Positions 1-14,247 are shown, counted from the stretch's first letter. The stretch is 64,000 nt of DNA from Leidyana gryllorum EB-2025a (GCA_048772705.1 JBLWGC010000109.1:310001-374000); one strand, 5' to 3'. Notes: generated from the letters alone by a model not told the origin. Translations and numbers: made by a program.

Positions 1-18
1 CGGAGAAATCGGCCCAGT

Positions 19-3000
19 GTGGCCGAGATAAACGTGACTGCCAGACGTGCGACTCTTAATCCTCTCGCTGTCCCAGCACGCTTAGCTACGCTGAATGAGG
101 AACAGATCGGTGCTCATGGAGGTGCTATGTCTGAGGCGAGGTCCCACCTCAACCAATTCGTTGCGTCGCATCCCGTACTCGTTACTGCGCTACCCATGTC
201 GCCCATCCCACCTTTGGTCAACTCTGTGACTCCTCCGCCACCACCTTCTTCACCTCCTGCTGCCGATCGTGTGAGATTCAGCTCCCTCACTCGCGATCTC
301 CCCACCACACCTGGGCAACAGCCACAACGGAAAATCTCACCACGAACTCCACCTGTCAAAGTGGGCTTAGACTCCGGATCGACCCATCGTCTACCCTCGG
401 CCAAAGTGCCGAGTATGCCCTATTGGGCGCGCAGCGGCATCGAGGATGCCGCATCTGATACTGCCAGTGTTCGTGTCCACTCTGCGACAACCAGTCACTA
501 TCATCACCATGGTTCCTCCAGTATGATCAGACGACACGGGCCGACCGTCCCTTCTCGGACTCGGACGACCCCAACCGGCTGCTGTAGCTGTTGGGGCCCA
601 TGTTTCAGCAAACTGGGCTCCGCCCACCCAATCAGTCCTGATTTCCAAGCCGCTATTGTGACACCGAATCTGCAATTCGGTGACCGCTTACTCGAAGCCT
701 TCTATGCAAATGAGTTCTACAAGAAACGAACGCGACCTCGGATCATGTTGATGTGCATATTTGGTTTAGTGTTGGTTGCATTTCAGTCGTGGCTGGGATT
801 CAGTAATGCCGCGCGCTTGCAACGCGAACAGCAGCTCACTGCAGCCGAAATCATTTCTGCCACATCGACCCCCAGCCCGCCAGATGTTGAGAAATATGCC
901 GCTGTCGCCTTACAGCAGCAATCGGGACCGATGAGTCTTCAGCCATTCATTATCGACACTCCAATACTTCATTACCAGATGCCACCGAGCGTACGTTTCC
1001 TTCAAGCTGCCGATTCGTGTTCTGGAGGTGTATGGGGCAGTACACCTATGGAGGGAAGCAGTTTGCCGAACGACCTCTCATTGTACACGCTGGCCTGTGT
1101 TGATCAATCTATGGTCGATCTCATCTTGTTGATCATCTGGATGCTAATAGCACTCTGTCGATGTATGGATCAGCGCATTGAGCTAGTGTCAATTGCAATG
1201 CAACTAATGGTGAGGGACACACACGCGTGTGTATCTACAGAGACGTCAACAGCGAACTGTACTCTTGATTTTCTTTGCCCAAGGGATGTACAGCCCGTGC
1301 GCCCAACTTCAAGGTCCCGTCAAGATCATCATGGACAACCTGGCAGTGGCTTCAGCAAACATTACTGTATTTAATGCTCTTGGGTTAGCACGAGTTCGAC
1401 GATCTTGTTTTATTAGTTTGGCTTGGATCGCTGGGGTCATGGAAGTTTGTATTGTAATGACTGCCAGCTCCATCAATGTCATTCGCAGAGATGATGTGGC
1501 GCACTTGTAAGCTCCCGATACCATGCAGAATGGTTGTACTGGATAATCTCTGCCAGATCTCTGTTCATTTTCATGTTTGCAATCATCCCTCTGGTAATTC
1601 TCGCTTGTCGGTACCGCGCCGAGATGGCTGAACGAGAAGGTCTCTACTACGCGGTGGTAAGTGAGTGGCCCGGGTCGGCCAACACCTGAGATCGGCAGAT
1701 GTTGGAGCACGTCAAAATGGTCAATTCGGAGCTGCAATCTACACTGGAGGACTTGTCGGCGGTCAAAGATACAGATATCGAGCACGCGCTCCCAGAAGGT
1801 GTTGTCCCAAGTCAGATCGTTCACGTTGCCGTGATGGAGCTACGGGCCGCTACAAAAATGGCAGACGGATTAGCTGAGAGCCTCCCTGGGTTCGCTGCCG
1901 AGCTCCACGCCGAACTCGGGACCCGGGAAAAGGAATTGATTTCGACTCACGACCCTTTGAGTTCTCATCGCAACGGTCCTCATAGCAGACGAGATAGTCT
2001 GCCTTGGATGCACAGGAGCGGAACAGATCGGAAGAAGAGTATGGTGAATCTGGCAGCCATCATGGAGTCGACTCTGGAGGTGAAGGATCGCATCAACAGG
2101 TACGATAGAGGGAGACATTTGAGCGGTATTGTTTCGACCATCAGTGCCTTGAAGCTTTTGTCTCGTTCCCACGACATATATGCCGCGAAGCCGAAGGACC
2201 CATATGGAGGGGCGATATTGTTCCACGCTCTGGGCCACGACGCGACATCTAAGCCTTACCAGCAGCCCGCCAGCACTTCCCGCTTACAGTCGAATAAGAC
2301 GGCGGGTCATACATCTCCTCTTCGAGACGATGCCGCACCGCTAGAAGACTTTCCCCACCTACAGAATATGCCTTTCCTCACTGGTTTGGGAGACATTGCC
2401 CGAAATGTAGGACAGAATTGGACATTTGATCTGCTGAAAGTCGGCAAGCTGACCAAGGATCAAGCGCTGGCGACTGTCGCCATGTTATTAGCCTCCCCGA
2501 TCGCTGAAAAGCTCCCATGGGTATTTGACTGGCAGAAGTTTCACAACTTTGTTCGTATAATACAACAAGACTATGGCCCCAGCGACCGGATACCATACCA
2601 CAATCGCACACATGGGGCCATCCATGCACATAGCACAACCGTCCTGCTGAACTGGCTACAACACGCTGACCAGTAAGTCCCCAATCCCAAGCACCAAGGG
2701 CGGGAAGTGGCCATCGTCATAGTCGCTAACTGTCACACGTTCTTTCCTGTCGCAGTGCGGCTCCATTGGAGTCTTTGGCGGTCTTGATAGCCTCTCTATG
2801 CCATGACGTTGGTCATCCTGGCAAGACAAACGCATATCTTGTCAATGCGAATCGGCGCCTAGCCATTATATACAATGATATCTCTGTCTTAGAGAACGTC
2901 CACGCCTGCAAAACATTTGAAACCCTGCAGGGTCGTGAATCCAACTTCCTGCTGGGATCAGAAAATGAGGTAATGCTCGCTCGAGAAAGGTCGACAACGC

Positions 3001-4008
3001 AACATCCATTTTACAGGACTATCGATTCTTCCGCAAGACTGTCATCGACTTGATCTTGGCGACTGATATGAAACTCCATTTTGAGCTGATCAATGCGTAC
3101 GAATTGCGACGATCGGCACCCGACTTTAAGCCTTTTGACGATGACAGTCGATCGTGAGTCCAGAAAGTGTGTGCGGACACACGCGAGACATAATGCCATC
3201 AGATTGACCCTGAAGCTGATCATGAAAGCTGCTGATCTATCACATGGGGCTCTGGAATGGCCGATCCACCAGAAACTGTCTTTAGCAGTCAATGAAGAAT
3301 TCTGGGCACAAGGGGATGCTGAAGAGAAGTTGGGCTTGCCGAAATCGCCTCTATGTGACCGAGCCAAGTCACATGAGCTCGCCAGTTCACAAGTGGCGTT
3401 CCTCGGCTTTGTTGTGCTCCCTCTCTTCCAACAACTGGCGGCCGCAGATCCAAAAAATCATATTGCGTAAGGACGAATATGGAAAGCGGATGATCTGCTC
3501 GTTCAGCACCACTTGCGAGGCACTGATTAACTCGAACATATCAAAGTGGAAAGTGATGGCTGACTCTCAGACGCCAATAGAAATGCCGGCGCCTCCTCCA
3601 CTAGCACCACCACCGCAGCCAGCAGCTCCGGCTGCACCTTCCAAGTCGCCACCATCTGGGCGTACGAGAGTCCCAGCTGGGGAAGGGTCGCGGGCTCGGC
3701 CGTCAAGTCACAGTTCGAGAGAGCCGATAAGTAGTATAGGTTCGAGTACTGCCCATTTGGCTGCTGGAAGGAGGCGTAGTGACGAGGACGACGAATGTTC
3801 GTTGTCATCCGATGGCGCTGTGCGGCATAGGGGGAGCAGCAGTGGCGACGATGTTGTGGTATTGGAGAGAAGGCGACGAGGGCCACTGAGTGGATCATCA
3901 TTGGGGCCTCCGACTCATGACGCGTCTCTGTTGGGTCCACCAGGTTCGGAGCTGATAAGTCCCGTGACGACAGTTTCACCTGACCAGTTATCGTCGCCCT
4001 TTCGGTAA
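19..4008 (+). CDS. Multi-exon 3',5'-cyclic nucleotide phosphodiesterase (class I PDE) with N-terminal transmembrane segments; true start uncertain
   Basis: ORF pieces 19-1374, 1229-1510, 1699-2676, 2766-3053, 3093-3470 and 3292-4008 are separated by GT..AG segments. PDE motifs: PYHNRTHG, LCHDVGHPGKTNAYL, YNDISVLENVH, LATDMKLHF, IMKAADLSH, EEFWAQGDAEEKLGLPKSPLCDR, SQVAFLGFVVLPLF. Hydrophobic helices lie upstream, as in apicomplexan PDEs. Exon boundaries are only partly resolved. Confidence 0.93.
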
Positions 4009-4471
4009 GGGTCAGTCGGGCTCACCACCTTCCATTGGCGGGGAGGGTGAGGACGTGACACCGGCTGGCCGCATATCACTTGCCGCCCGAATGTTATTAC
4101 CAGCAGAGCGAGATTTGTTGTTGGATGAGACAGGTCGCGCTGCGCAGCATTTTCTACGGAGCCGAGGCAGTTTACGGATAGAGTTACCTCGTGGTCCTCC
4201 AGGTTTAGCCACAGGTTTGATAGTTGGGCAAGATATGAATATGTCACCAGACTCTGAGCGGTCCCAGACCTTTCGTTCTTTGTTGTACGAATGGGAGAGA
4301 CGTTCCACTGCATGATGCTCCCTGCATGTCAACTGATCAAATATCGATAAGATTGGCTGACGCCCTCTTTCAGGTCCAGGAGCTCTGTCCCCTGCGTCAA
4401 CTGACCATCCATCCGCACCTCATTCTTCCTTTGTTGCAGCTTTATTTGACATATCGTCGTGTGGGACCTCA

Positions 4472-6244
4472 ATGGCACCAGCAGCAGCAGCAGTCATCCA
4501 TCGCTTCGCTCTACGGCTCTCCGTTGGTGAGTTTCCGGAGGAATTGATTGATTTTACCGATCGATGTTCACAGACGGCCGAGGAGGCTCATACTTTTGTA
4601 AATCTGGCTGCAATCTATGCTGAGTTTCGGACAACGTTCGATGAGACTCCGCACAAACAGGATGCCTTGATGCAAGGCTTCAGTTCAGGGCGGTTCAATG
4701 GATTGGTGAGCGTCGTGGATCAGTGTCTGAGCTATCGGTGCCGGTTGTATGAGCACATGAACCAAACCAGAAAGCCGCGACCGAGTTACTTTGACTGCTA
4801 CTACACACGGAAACGAATCGCCGAGGCGCAAGAGAAGGCTCTGCCTCAGATTTTACAGAACAACAAGTTCAACGAAATGGTCCGAAAGCCTATGCCGAAG
4901 GCTGAGGAGGAGCCGCCATTCCCGCCAGTGCTTCCCGCACGAGAGTTATTGATTCCGTGTTTCAATTTCAAACTGAAGGACTTTAGCGGTTGGATGGATA
5001 TGGCAACTCCGTATGAGCTTCAGTATATCCTTCAACTGCAGATTGAGAAGTATCTGATGAATGTGGGCAAATATCTACGTGAACACCGCAGACTGTTACC
5101 ACCTTTGATTATATTCATTGACGGCGCAGAAATGTCGTGGACCGACATCCAAGCGTTCGAGACAGAAGTGCTCCTTACCGAACTCGGGCGCTGCATCAAT
5201 GGGTTCGCAGGCACTTTTAGTCCCTGCGTCATCCTTCTGCATCAAGGCAACTTTGGAGCACAACTCTTTAAACTGATTGGTCCATTATTAGGCTGCGAGC
5301 AGCCGCTCCTGGAGAACAGCGACGGATCCTTCTTTGCCGATCTGGACAGAGTCGTCACCAAACATCGCTTGATCCTTGTCAAAGATCAGGACGACATTCC
5401 AGGCGTCCAGCGGGTGCGGGGACGGCCGGACTTGTTGGACGACATCCACTGGGAGACTATTGAGGGGTACACGAAGATGAGTCGCGTGACCCGAAATCTG
5501 GTGATCGGGTCTCTGCGGCCTCTGCTGAGCCGACTCTTACTGGAGTATGTCGGAGCAGAGGCTTGTGAGATACAACGGCCAGACTTTGATGCTCAAGAGC
5601 AGAGAGACCACACAAAGACCAGCTACGAGGATCTCACTGTGTCCGAGCTAAGAACCGCCCTAAAATATCTCGACAGACATTGCCGGGACGCTTATCCCGA
5701 CCTTATCGGCTCTCGGAACCCCTTCGAACACTGTGTGTGCTCAAAAAGGAAACATCCGTGCATCACTGACTATCTCTGGGATAGGGCAACAGAACAAGTT
5801 CGGTAAGTTCATCACCGTGCCGATGGCGACATTACGCTGACCTGCAAGGTATGGGATGGATAAAGACGAATTGGAGGAGTTCAAAAGGCGCCAACTTGAC
5901 CAATACGCCGATCGCCTCAAGGAGGCTCGCTTAGGTCACTTTCCTAATCTCAATGGCGTCGATGTGGCGAAGCTCAATCCGTCTCCGGATCCTATCGATG
6001 ACCCGTTGTGGCCGGAACAAGAAATTGATACCGCCGACCTCATTGACTATAGTCGGTAAGAAATTGTTTGTCAGGGTGTCGCGTTAGCCATCTCGTTCCT
6101 CTCCCAGTGATCCTCCTGGAGCACATTGCTGCTACCCGGAAGGATGTGAGACGAGTCCGACTGCAAAAGAAAGGGGCCGCAGAACAGTGGGACCGGATCT
6201 GTCTTGGGTTGATGGGGACAACCCCAGGGAACTGGCCTTTCTGA
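4472..6244 (+). CDS. Multi-exon hypothetical protein with a possible divergent CRAL-TRIO/Sec14-like core
   Basis: 444-aa ORF 4472-5806, then a GTAAG..AG intron into 5856-6059 and a further exon ending at TGA 6244. The segment LIIFIDGAEMSW...LLTELGRCINGFAGTFSPCVILLHQGNFGAQLFKLIGPLL follows the CRAL-TRIO pattern by eye. 5' end unresolved. Confidence 0.5.
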
Positions 6245-6389
6245 ACGTGAAAGGTCTGTCCCGTGTTACCCGGCTTCTCAGCCGCTCAGCCTTTAGAGGA
6301 ATTCATACCTCCTTCCCGTTATCTCAACTGTGATGTCTTGTAGCGTGCGTGCACAGCAATCGACCAGACATATCGTTTTCTGACTCTGT

Positions 6390-8092
6390 GTGGTGCTGGG
6401 GCACAGACTCGCTGCCAGAAGTTCACTGCGCGAGGTGCAGGAAGAATCTCCAAGGCTGTCAGTTTGCACCATTACTTCTTGTCTACCATGGCCCGTACAT
6501 GGAATCGATCTGGAAGTGGTGGTTGATTTTTTGCTTAAACGGCTCCCAATGGCCGTTGCCGCCTCTGACAGTTGGGTCATCTTTGTCATTGCCAGTGTGA
6601 CTCTAGGATTGTTCACCCGGCACTGTGAAAACGGCCCTTCCTTCACCTACGCTTGGTTATGGTTAGGCCTCCTCAGTTGGCTCCTTGGCTCAGATGATGC
6701 CAAGGCCCTCTTTTATCTCTCTGGTAAGTCAAATGTGCGAGTATCGCGATCTCGTTTTCAATCTACATCTCAGGTTTCGGGCTCGTTGTTGGTTGGTATG
6801 CCATTCAGCTGGTACAACGCGACATATGGGCTCGAATTCTGGTCTATTGGAGCTGTTTCTTCCCCAAATGGTAAGCCTCCCAGACGATGTTTCAAAGCTA
6901 TCAAATGATAAACACACGGGTGCGCCCTCCTGGAGCCGGCGTCTTTGCCCCCATCACATCACCGAGGCAAGCTATTCATCGCGCTGTAACCGTTCCTGAT
7001 GTCACTAGCATAAGCATGCTTGGTCGTGTGGTGGCAATCTGAAATGGTGTACAGCTCGAACATTTTGATAGCTGCTACGAGCGCAGAACGTTTCGGAGCG
7101 CTGTGTTATGCGGGAAGCGCCCGGCGGCTGGAATATGTGTGTGTTCTATCGTGCGGTGTCTCGGTGGACGCGGCACACAATGTCATGTATTCGAATGAGC
7201 AATTATGTCTGTTTTGATCAGGTGTGTGTCTCCGGCAGTACGGCTAGGGGACATGCTGATTCACATTGCCCCGTTTCTGTTGAGTTTGGATTATTATGAC
7301 AAGGTTCAGCCTCGTCACGTTATCCAAGCCGTCTTGTATGAGCGGATATATTTCTTTGCGGTGGAAGGAGTGGTTATTGGGAATGGGCGGATAGTGAATA
7401 AGATTTACGCGCTGCAGCCTCCATGTACGCCGGACGTGTTTCGATCGTTACAGATGCTGTCAACCGTTGGTTATTTCATTGCCGCTTCAGTCTGTGCTCC
7501 ATCTAAAGCTCAGCAGCAATTCCTCCAGTTGCTCTGGTTGGGTGTGTTCCTGGTGATAGCAATCAGCAATACAGATTGGTTGCCGCCAGATAAGCTGCGA
7601 GGTCTATTGGCCGAGAGTCTTACGTGGGATGAAGTCAACGAGAAGTTTCTGTGCTATATATCCTCGCTAAAGGAGACCATCCAGCAGTCCTCTAAATTTG
7701 TGACACCTTTCGAAGCAACGACTTCACCCAAAATGGGATCATCAGCGGCGGCGGCGGCGTCTTCCCCCACCAACAGTCTTTTTGCCTCATCTCCCGGTGC
7801 AGGGGGGATGGAGCCAACGGTACTGGATCTATTTGATCGTATCCGGCGGCTTGAGACTTTGGTGGCGTCCTTGCGACACATGATCACAACCACCCCGGCA
7901 GCGACGGACGCTGCATCGACGCCGGTTCATCCTGATACTACGCCTTCTACTGGGGCAGCAAGCTCATCATCTTGCTGCTCTGAAATTTCAAAGTCTGAAT
8001 CATTGAAATTCTGGGACGGTGGTTCATCGTCTTCCCCTCAATGGTCAAGGAGCAGTTCACAGGCTGCGACTACGTTGCGTCGGGGTAGGTAA
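6390..8092 (+). CDS. Multi-exon hypothetical multi-pass membrane protein with a Ser/Thr-rich C-terminal tail
   Basis: Hydrophobic ORFs 6390-6908 and 7205-8092, GTAAG donors near 6724 and 6870, and a low-complexity tail. No family recognised. Confidence 0.5.
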
Positions 8093-9155
8093 GGTGATCG
8101 ATCGCCGTTTGTGCCGCATTACTTTCTCTTTCTTCTCCAAAATATCTTACTTGCTGCTTCGGCGATCAATTATTGATTGAAATCGCATCGTCTACTACCC
8201 CCTTTCATGATTAGATTAGCTTAGTCAAGCCTAAGAAGGAAAAGCAAGCCAAGCAAGGCCTCCGGAGAAAGTGCCGGTGCTGGTCAGTCACATGTGATCA
8301 ATGACTTTTCAGGAGAACCTGATTTTTGGGCCAACAGAGGCCCTCGTTCACCACGGACTTGGTCGACCTCTTCTTCATGTGTGAAACAATTATCTTACTT
8401 ACTTCGTATACAATGGTTTATCGGACTCCAAGACTGCCTTTCAATTCTTTCGCTGGCAATATGGAACCGAGGCGAAGACGCGATTGTGTAACAGCGCTAC
8501 TTTGACGATCCTGGATGGTTGATTGTGCCTTTGTATGCCTCTGACCGACTGATTTGATAATCATCTACCTGCCTACCTGACTGCCTGAACTACTAGTACC
8601 AGTACAGCTGATTGACTCGACTCACTGATTGATTGTTTGCCGCCGCGACGATCTCTTCTGAGAATCGTTGTCTTTGAGAAGGTGACTAACCACCATACTC
8701 GAGCAGTCTTACTGATGTTGCCTTCATTTAGTTATTTTATGTCAACCTGCGAGAGTGAGTATCTGCAGATCTTGCGCTTACAACCTGTCGAACGATCTAA
8801 ACGTCGTTGTCGCTGTAGCCGCTGCGCTGTCATTTTGCTACTCTGCGGCTCAACCTGTCATGTGTCAGCCATCCTTCGTGGCAAACGTTTGTTGACACCC
8901 ACCCTTCATCTTCTACAGATCTGAAGAAAAGTCAAGGCTTCTTGTGGGCTTACTATGACTCTATCCAGATTGATTCATACATAAAAATAGTATATGTGCT
9001 GCTAGTTAGCCGCCTTACTCTGAACTAACTATGGCGCAACGCGTATGTCTTGTCACACCGAACAAACACGTGTGTGCTTCATATCCATATATCGTTTTTT
9101 GTCGAATTATTGGGGCAAATCATGCAGTCATCTGTAACAGTGATTATACCTGATC

Positions 9156-9596
9156 ATGTCAATGATGGCGCGGATCGTTTCCAAGGTACTGCACGCTGAC
9201 GACCCCTACGCTGTGCAACGTATTCGCGATGTTATATCTTTGCGTGCATTCGAGCGTATTCACAAACTGAGGGCTGCCGACATTCGTCGCCCTCGCACAG
9301 ATGTCGAGGAGGAGCTCGTGGCGTTTATCTCAGCGTTTTATAGACGAGCGGAGGAGAATAAATTGATACCGACCAGATGGAGGATCGGTTTTACCCCCAG
9401 AGGCAACGTTGTTGTCCTCACCCGGACCGCCATAGAGAAGGTGAGGACCGATCGGTAGCTGGGTCGCCTTCTAGTTCTTCGTGCCAATCAGATCAACATG
9501 CGCAAGCTGGTGGAACAAAAAGAGCTGTCTTGGCCAGACATTCCGATGACTCAATTTGGCTTGGACGAGCTGCGCAAATCGTTCAAGGACCTTTGA
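9156..9596 (+). CDS. Small hypothetical protein (~129 aa), 2 exons (9156-9440, 9492-9596)
   Basis: ATG ORF. The phase-0 intron GTGAGG..AATCAG (9441-9491) joins in frame to INMRKLVEQKELSWPDIPMTQFGLDELRKSFKDL*. Confidence 0.55.
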
Positions 9597-9984
9597 GAAC
9601 TCTTGAACGATGTGGATCGAAGGAGTGCATACACTGCTCATGAAATACGTGTTGTGCCCTTTTTAATGTATTTACAACTGTTTATAATCGTCAATTCTAC
9701 GGTATTAGACTAGGGGTGTTTACAGCGTATATCGGCTGGCGAGCATTCTCATGCAAACTCCGGGGAATCAGATTGATTTTGTACCAGCCCCTTTTGCGGC
9801 CAGCCTAATCATTCGTCAGGCAACAGCACGTCGACTGAGGCTGGAACCACGATCAGCCACCACCAAGTTGGGACCGGCCGGTTAGGTGGCGTTCAACCTG
9901 GACGATGGCGTCGCTTTTGATATGATTAAGACGAGAGTGTCGATATTTATCCATCGTTATTGTGGCGCGTATTCAGGGAAAAGC

Positions 9985-11931
9985 CTATACAACTGGAAGG
10001 CAGCACAGTGAGTTGCACCTCAGGGTGGTACTGAGACCCTTAGGTTGGCGATCCACTTCCTGGATGAACGCGCGGTCGTCTAAGAGAGTCTCCAAGTCGG
10101 GCAACCAGGTGAAGGCGCCACTCAAGCATACTCTCAAGGACTTGAGCCCCCAGCTCTCAAATAGATCGAAGCGTTTTGCCAATAGAGTGCGTATGTACCA
10201 TGGTGAGACACAGCCGCAGTCGCCAATCCACTGGCTTTTGATCGAGCAGGGCACGCTGCCCGGAGGTATGGCTGCCCGTAGTTTGTTATACCATTCGGTG
10301 TAAAAGCGCAGTTGCACTGGACTCATCCGTCCAAGAGTTCTGGAGATATAAACCGGCAGGTTGGCTCGCTTCACAAATGCTTTGATGGTCTTGTGGCGTT
10401 GTTTGCAAGTTCCACCATCTGCCTTGAACCTCTGAATCTGCTTGAGTGGAATCTTTGCTTCCAGTAACAGACGTTCCAAAGTTTCCTCAGTATATCTCCC
10501 GGATATCAATTCCAACAGACACTCCGTCCACGGCGGTTGGATCCATGGCAAGAAATCGATAGCCAGACGGAGTGTGTATCCGCAGGTATACTGCAGAGAC
10601 CACAAGTTCAGGTATAGCGACAAGAGCTGCGTCTCGCAGCACGACAGACCAACGACATTGGACTGGATAAATTTCACGTTGAAGTATCGTAAGAAGTCAA
10701 CAGATGTTTCGACCGTAGAACTGAAGATGCCCGACGCCCGTATAACCACCATCGGATCTCTCTGGAGCCACGCAGGTTTCCTTGGTGGCAATGGGACTTG
10801 ATCAAACTTGCGCGGTGTGTCCAATTGCAACACCACCACTCGGGCCGCCTCTAGTTTCACCACGTCTTCCGGGTCGCTCGGTGCGAGCAAAGTCTCTCCA
10901 AGGAGCACCGTAGGTACTGACTGCAGTGGCCACAGATACTGCTCCTCCGCATTCACAATTGGGGGGTCGCCATAGGGAACTGGGACCGCCCGAAGCCACT
11001 CTGGCACACCCACAAAATCTCTTCGATTCCGAAGCGCCTCCCAGCAACGTGAGCGATCGCTGGTGAGACTCTCGACCTCCAGCGGCTGGAGAAAACTGGT
11101 GATCTCTTTGGCGACCTCATCTGTCTGTACCAGTTGCAGCCACATCCGCACTTGGTCCAGCAACTCCCTACCACACCATAGTCGAGAGAGAGAGAGTCCT
11201 CCTCCCCCCACTCACCTTCCAGTCAAGTAACGCAGAGGCTGCATTGGTAAGAAGGTTGGCAGCATCACGGGGTGACCCTTCAAACGCCGTTCGCTCCACT
11301 CGGCGACTTTCTCACGGGTCCAATACGGAACAATGTGAACATAATTACGGGGCATATCGGAGCGCAAAGCAATGTGGTTGTACGGCAGCATGCGTGGCAG
11401 GCGATGTCTTGCCCGGCGAGTGAGCTCGTGATTTACCAGCCGTATATCACCAGCTTGGACAATCAAAGTCTTCAGGCGAGGTGCTTTGACCCTTATCGCC
11501 CAGTCAATTGGGATGGGCCCATTCCTTAGCTTATCCAAGGAACATTTGACAATGTTCAAATGTTCGAGATTTTCAGCAATGAGGACCCATCTGGTCAAAA
11601 AGTTGAAGCACAAAGTGCATTCCCTCAAGCGCGGCAATTCACGGCCCTTCATTGCCGACATGATGGTGGGCATATTGTATATTGTACCTTCTTTTACCAG
11701 CCTTATGCGATAAGCATTAGGTAGCGTTCGCTTCAACCAGCCGGACCACCAGAACTGGGTACTGACAAGACTGTATACCTTGTCACATAATTCGATGACG
11801 TTGCCGGCTATGTGACTCTCCAGACTCTGGCGAAGTGTGCGCGATACCCTACCGAATCTTGATACTTCCGACAGTGGGACGAAGGATAGAATTTGGCTCC
11901 ACAGCGCTGCTGTGGGGAAAATGGGATTCAT
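9985..11931 (-). CDS. F-box-like/LRR-like + conserved unknown C-terminal domain protein, array copy 1 (632 aa; exons 11931-11216, 11167-9985)
   Basis: F-box-like FPTAALWSQILSFVPLSEVSRFGRVSRTL; LRR-like LRECTL/APRLKTLIV; a 48-nt phase-2 intron GTGAG..TAG (11215-11168) joins the two listed ORFs; C-domain motifs PVPY, ELISGRYT, WYNKLRAAIP, SPWY, WG. Confidence 0.85.
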
Positions 11932-12072
11932 AAAAGCACATTTTTGTTCTCCTTCCGTCGGCAAACTGCCAGCCAGAAACGCAATAGTGCGTCCGACCAA
12001 CCACGCACACGCCCACGCACACACACACACACACACGAAGACAGGATGTCAGTCGTTGCAAGGCTCACACCA

Positions 12073-13934
12073 CTATGCGGTAGCGCACCTTAGGAGACGA
12101 CATATCTGTGCTTCATAGCGGTTTTTTACGAGGGGTACAGAGTAGTGCATGACTCCCCAAGCCAAAAGCTCCTCACGATCTGCTTGAGTCACAAGCTGGA
12201 GGTACCATGGCGAGGTATGGGGGCAGATTCCGACTACAGTATTTCCAGCGTCGGCGAAGTACGGCAATTTGGTGCTGGGCAGGGCCTTCCGAAGACGGTT
12301 GTACCACAGACTGAAAAAGTCGATCTCAACGGGGCCCATATATGACAAAGAGTTCAGACACCACTGAATGTTCATTTTCTGGACAGAACGGCCTATTCCT
12401 CGAATGAATGGCATCAGTTTCTTCGCTCTTCGCTCCGAGATGAGTCGGCGGAACTCTGAGGGTGAGGCGTCGGCCAATCTGAGGACCCGGTTTAGATTTT
12501 CATCGGTGAAGTCGCCAACGAGCATTTCATGGACCGATTGTCTCAGTGGTACAGGAGGAATGAACATAGCGTAGGGATGTAGACGGAGCGTATAGCCGTG
12601 CATCGCCTTGAGGGTCCATAGATTCAAATAGGCAACCACAAGCTGACCCGAACAGCGAGGAATGACTTGGACATTGACGAATTGAATGTTGTATGTTCGT
12701 ATCATGGGGAACCACGTCTGAAAACCCGCTTGCCACACAAAATCGGCAGTCAACGACACCAATGTCCCTTGAAGCCAAGTCGCGGGCTCACCCACAAGGT
12801 GAGCTGGGCCCTTCGCCTTTTGTGACTGTCGGATGGTGATGATAACACTTTTTGGCGGTTTATTTGGTCCTGCGCCCAACTCTGCGTGGATTTGGAAGGT
12901 CGGCAGGTCCACTCCAGCTTCATTCTCGAGAATATCCACTCGACTCGACCCCCATCTGTCAATGGCCTCGTCGGAATACGGAATCGGCACAATGATCGGC
13001 CACTCAGGGGCCCCATGGCGGAAGTCAGTGCACTCGCGGAGAGCTTCCCACCTGTGCGTGGCAGGCTGATGATCGAAATCCAATGCTGGGGCCATTATAT
13101 CCAGAATCTCGCGAGCAATTCTATTTGACATTCGGATCTGATACCAGGCCCGCGAGTGCTCATTCAGTGTTCTGGAGCGAAACAGAGCAGAATGTTCGAA
13201 AGAAGTTCCCAAGTCAATGAATGAATCTCTTACCCCCTCGATTCGGGACTCTCCGGCTCGAGATCGAGGATTTGAGGCAACTCATATGGCCCCTCGAAAC
13301 CCTCCTCACTCCAACCATTGGGTTTGATATTCCGATCAGAAGGCAGATATACCCATGTGTGTGGAAGGTCGGACCGTATGGCTATGGGGAACCAGAGAGT
13401 CACGCTGCCAGCTTCATGTTTCTTCTGGAAGTCGGCGACTAAGGGATGATCAATATGTTTCAATGTGGCCGGAAAAGCGATGAGAGTGTTCAGTTTAGGC
13501 GCATTTATTTTGAGATACTCTGTATTGGGTATATTCCGAAAACTTGATCTGGACAGATCCAATATCCGCAGGTTTGGGCACTCCAAGGTGTCTCCGACAA
13601 CCCATTTCGTACACACACAGCACTCCTGCAGACTCGTCCACTCACCAGAAGCCAAATTGAGTGAGTCGTTAATCGCTCCCTCCTCCATCTGCTCCTCTAA
13701 TATGACCAAACGACGTAGTTGAGGCTGCGATCTGAGCACCCATCCGTTCCACCATTTGAATTTTTCCAAAGCAATGCACGCCACAGTGGTCAGACAGATC
13801 TCAGTACCGTAAGTATACTCCCGAACTGCTCTCTGAAACACCTTTGAGACACGCGTAAACCGGTAAAGTTCCCTGGGCGGGATAAACGATAACACCTGAC
13901 CCCAAAGGAGGGCTGAAAAAACAGCAGTCTCCAT
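12073..13934 (-). CDS. F-box-like/LRR-like + unknown C-domain protein, copy 2 (599 aa; exons 13934-13234, 13171-12073)
   Basis: LLWGQVLSFIPPRELYRFTRVSKVF; a 62-nt phase-2 intron GTAAG..CAG (13233-13172) restores the frame; motifs PIPY, EMLVGDFT, WYNRLRKALP, GICPHTSPWY, WG. Confidence 0.85.
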
Positions 13935-13971
13935 GGAACCAATCGGCTCGTACAGCAAAAGAATTTGCGAG

Positions 13972-13975
13972 GACT

Positions 13976-14005
<30 letters not shown>
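13972..14005. repeat. (GACT)n microsatellite upstream of copy 2
   Basis: gactgactgactgactgactgactgact seen directly. Confidence 0.9.
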
Positions 14006-14006
<1 letters not shown>

Positions 14007-14078
14007 GCATCCTTTTTCAACTTTCATCCCTTTGGTTGCTGCATCGCAGCTCTAATTTGAGCCAGATCGGGGGTCCTG

Positions 14079-14141
14079 GTGTGTGTGTGTGTGTGTGTAT
14101 ATATGTGTATGTATGTGTGTGTATATGTGTGTGTATGTGTG

Positions 14142-14174
<33 letters not shown>

Positions 14175-14175
14175 A
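14079..14175. repeat. Compound (TG)n/(TA)n microsatellite between copies 2 and 3
   Basis: Seen directly. Confidence 0.95.
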
Positions 14176-14247
14176 GATATACCGGGCGCAGCCCCGTCTC
14201 AGATCATATTGCTCTGCTGCAACCCATTCCTCAGATGCTGACTATGG

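Noticed and set aside
9870-9905. GGCCGGTTAG...GTTCAA tRNA-like words
   Set aside because: The spacing is far too short for a cloverleaf.
11168-11215. Stop-codon readthrough or selenocysteine at the TGA joining two same-frame ORFs
   Set aside because: The TGA lies in a canonical 48-nt GTGAG..TAG intron at the same position and phase as in five paralogues.
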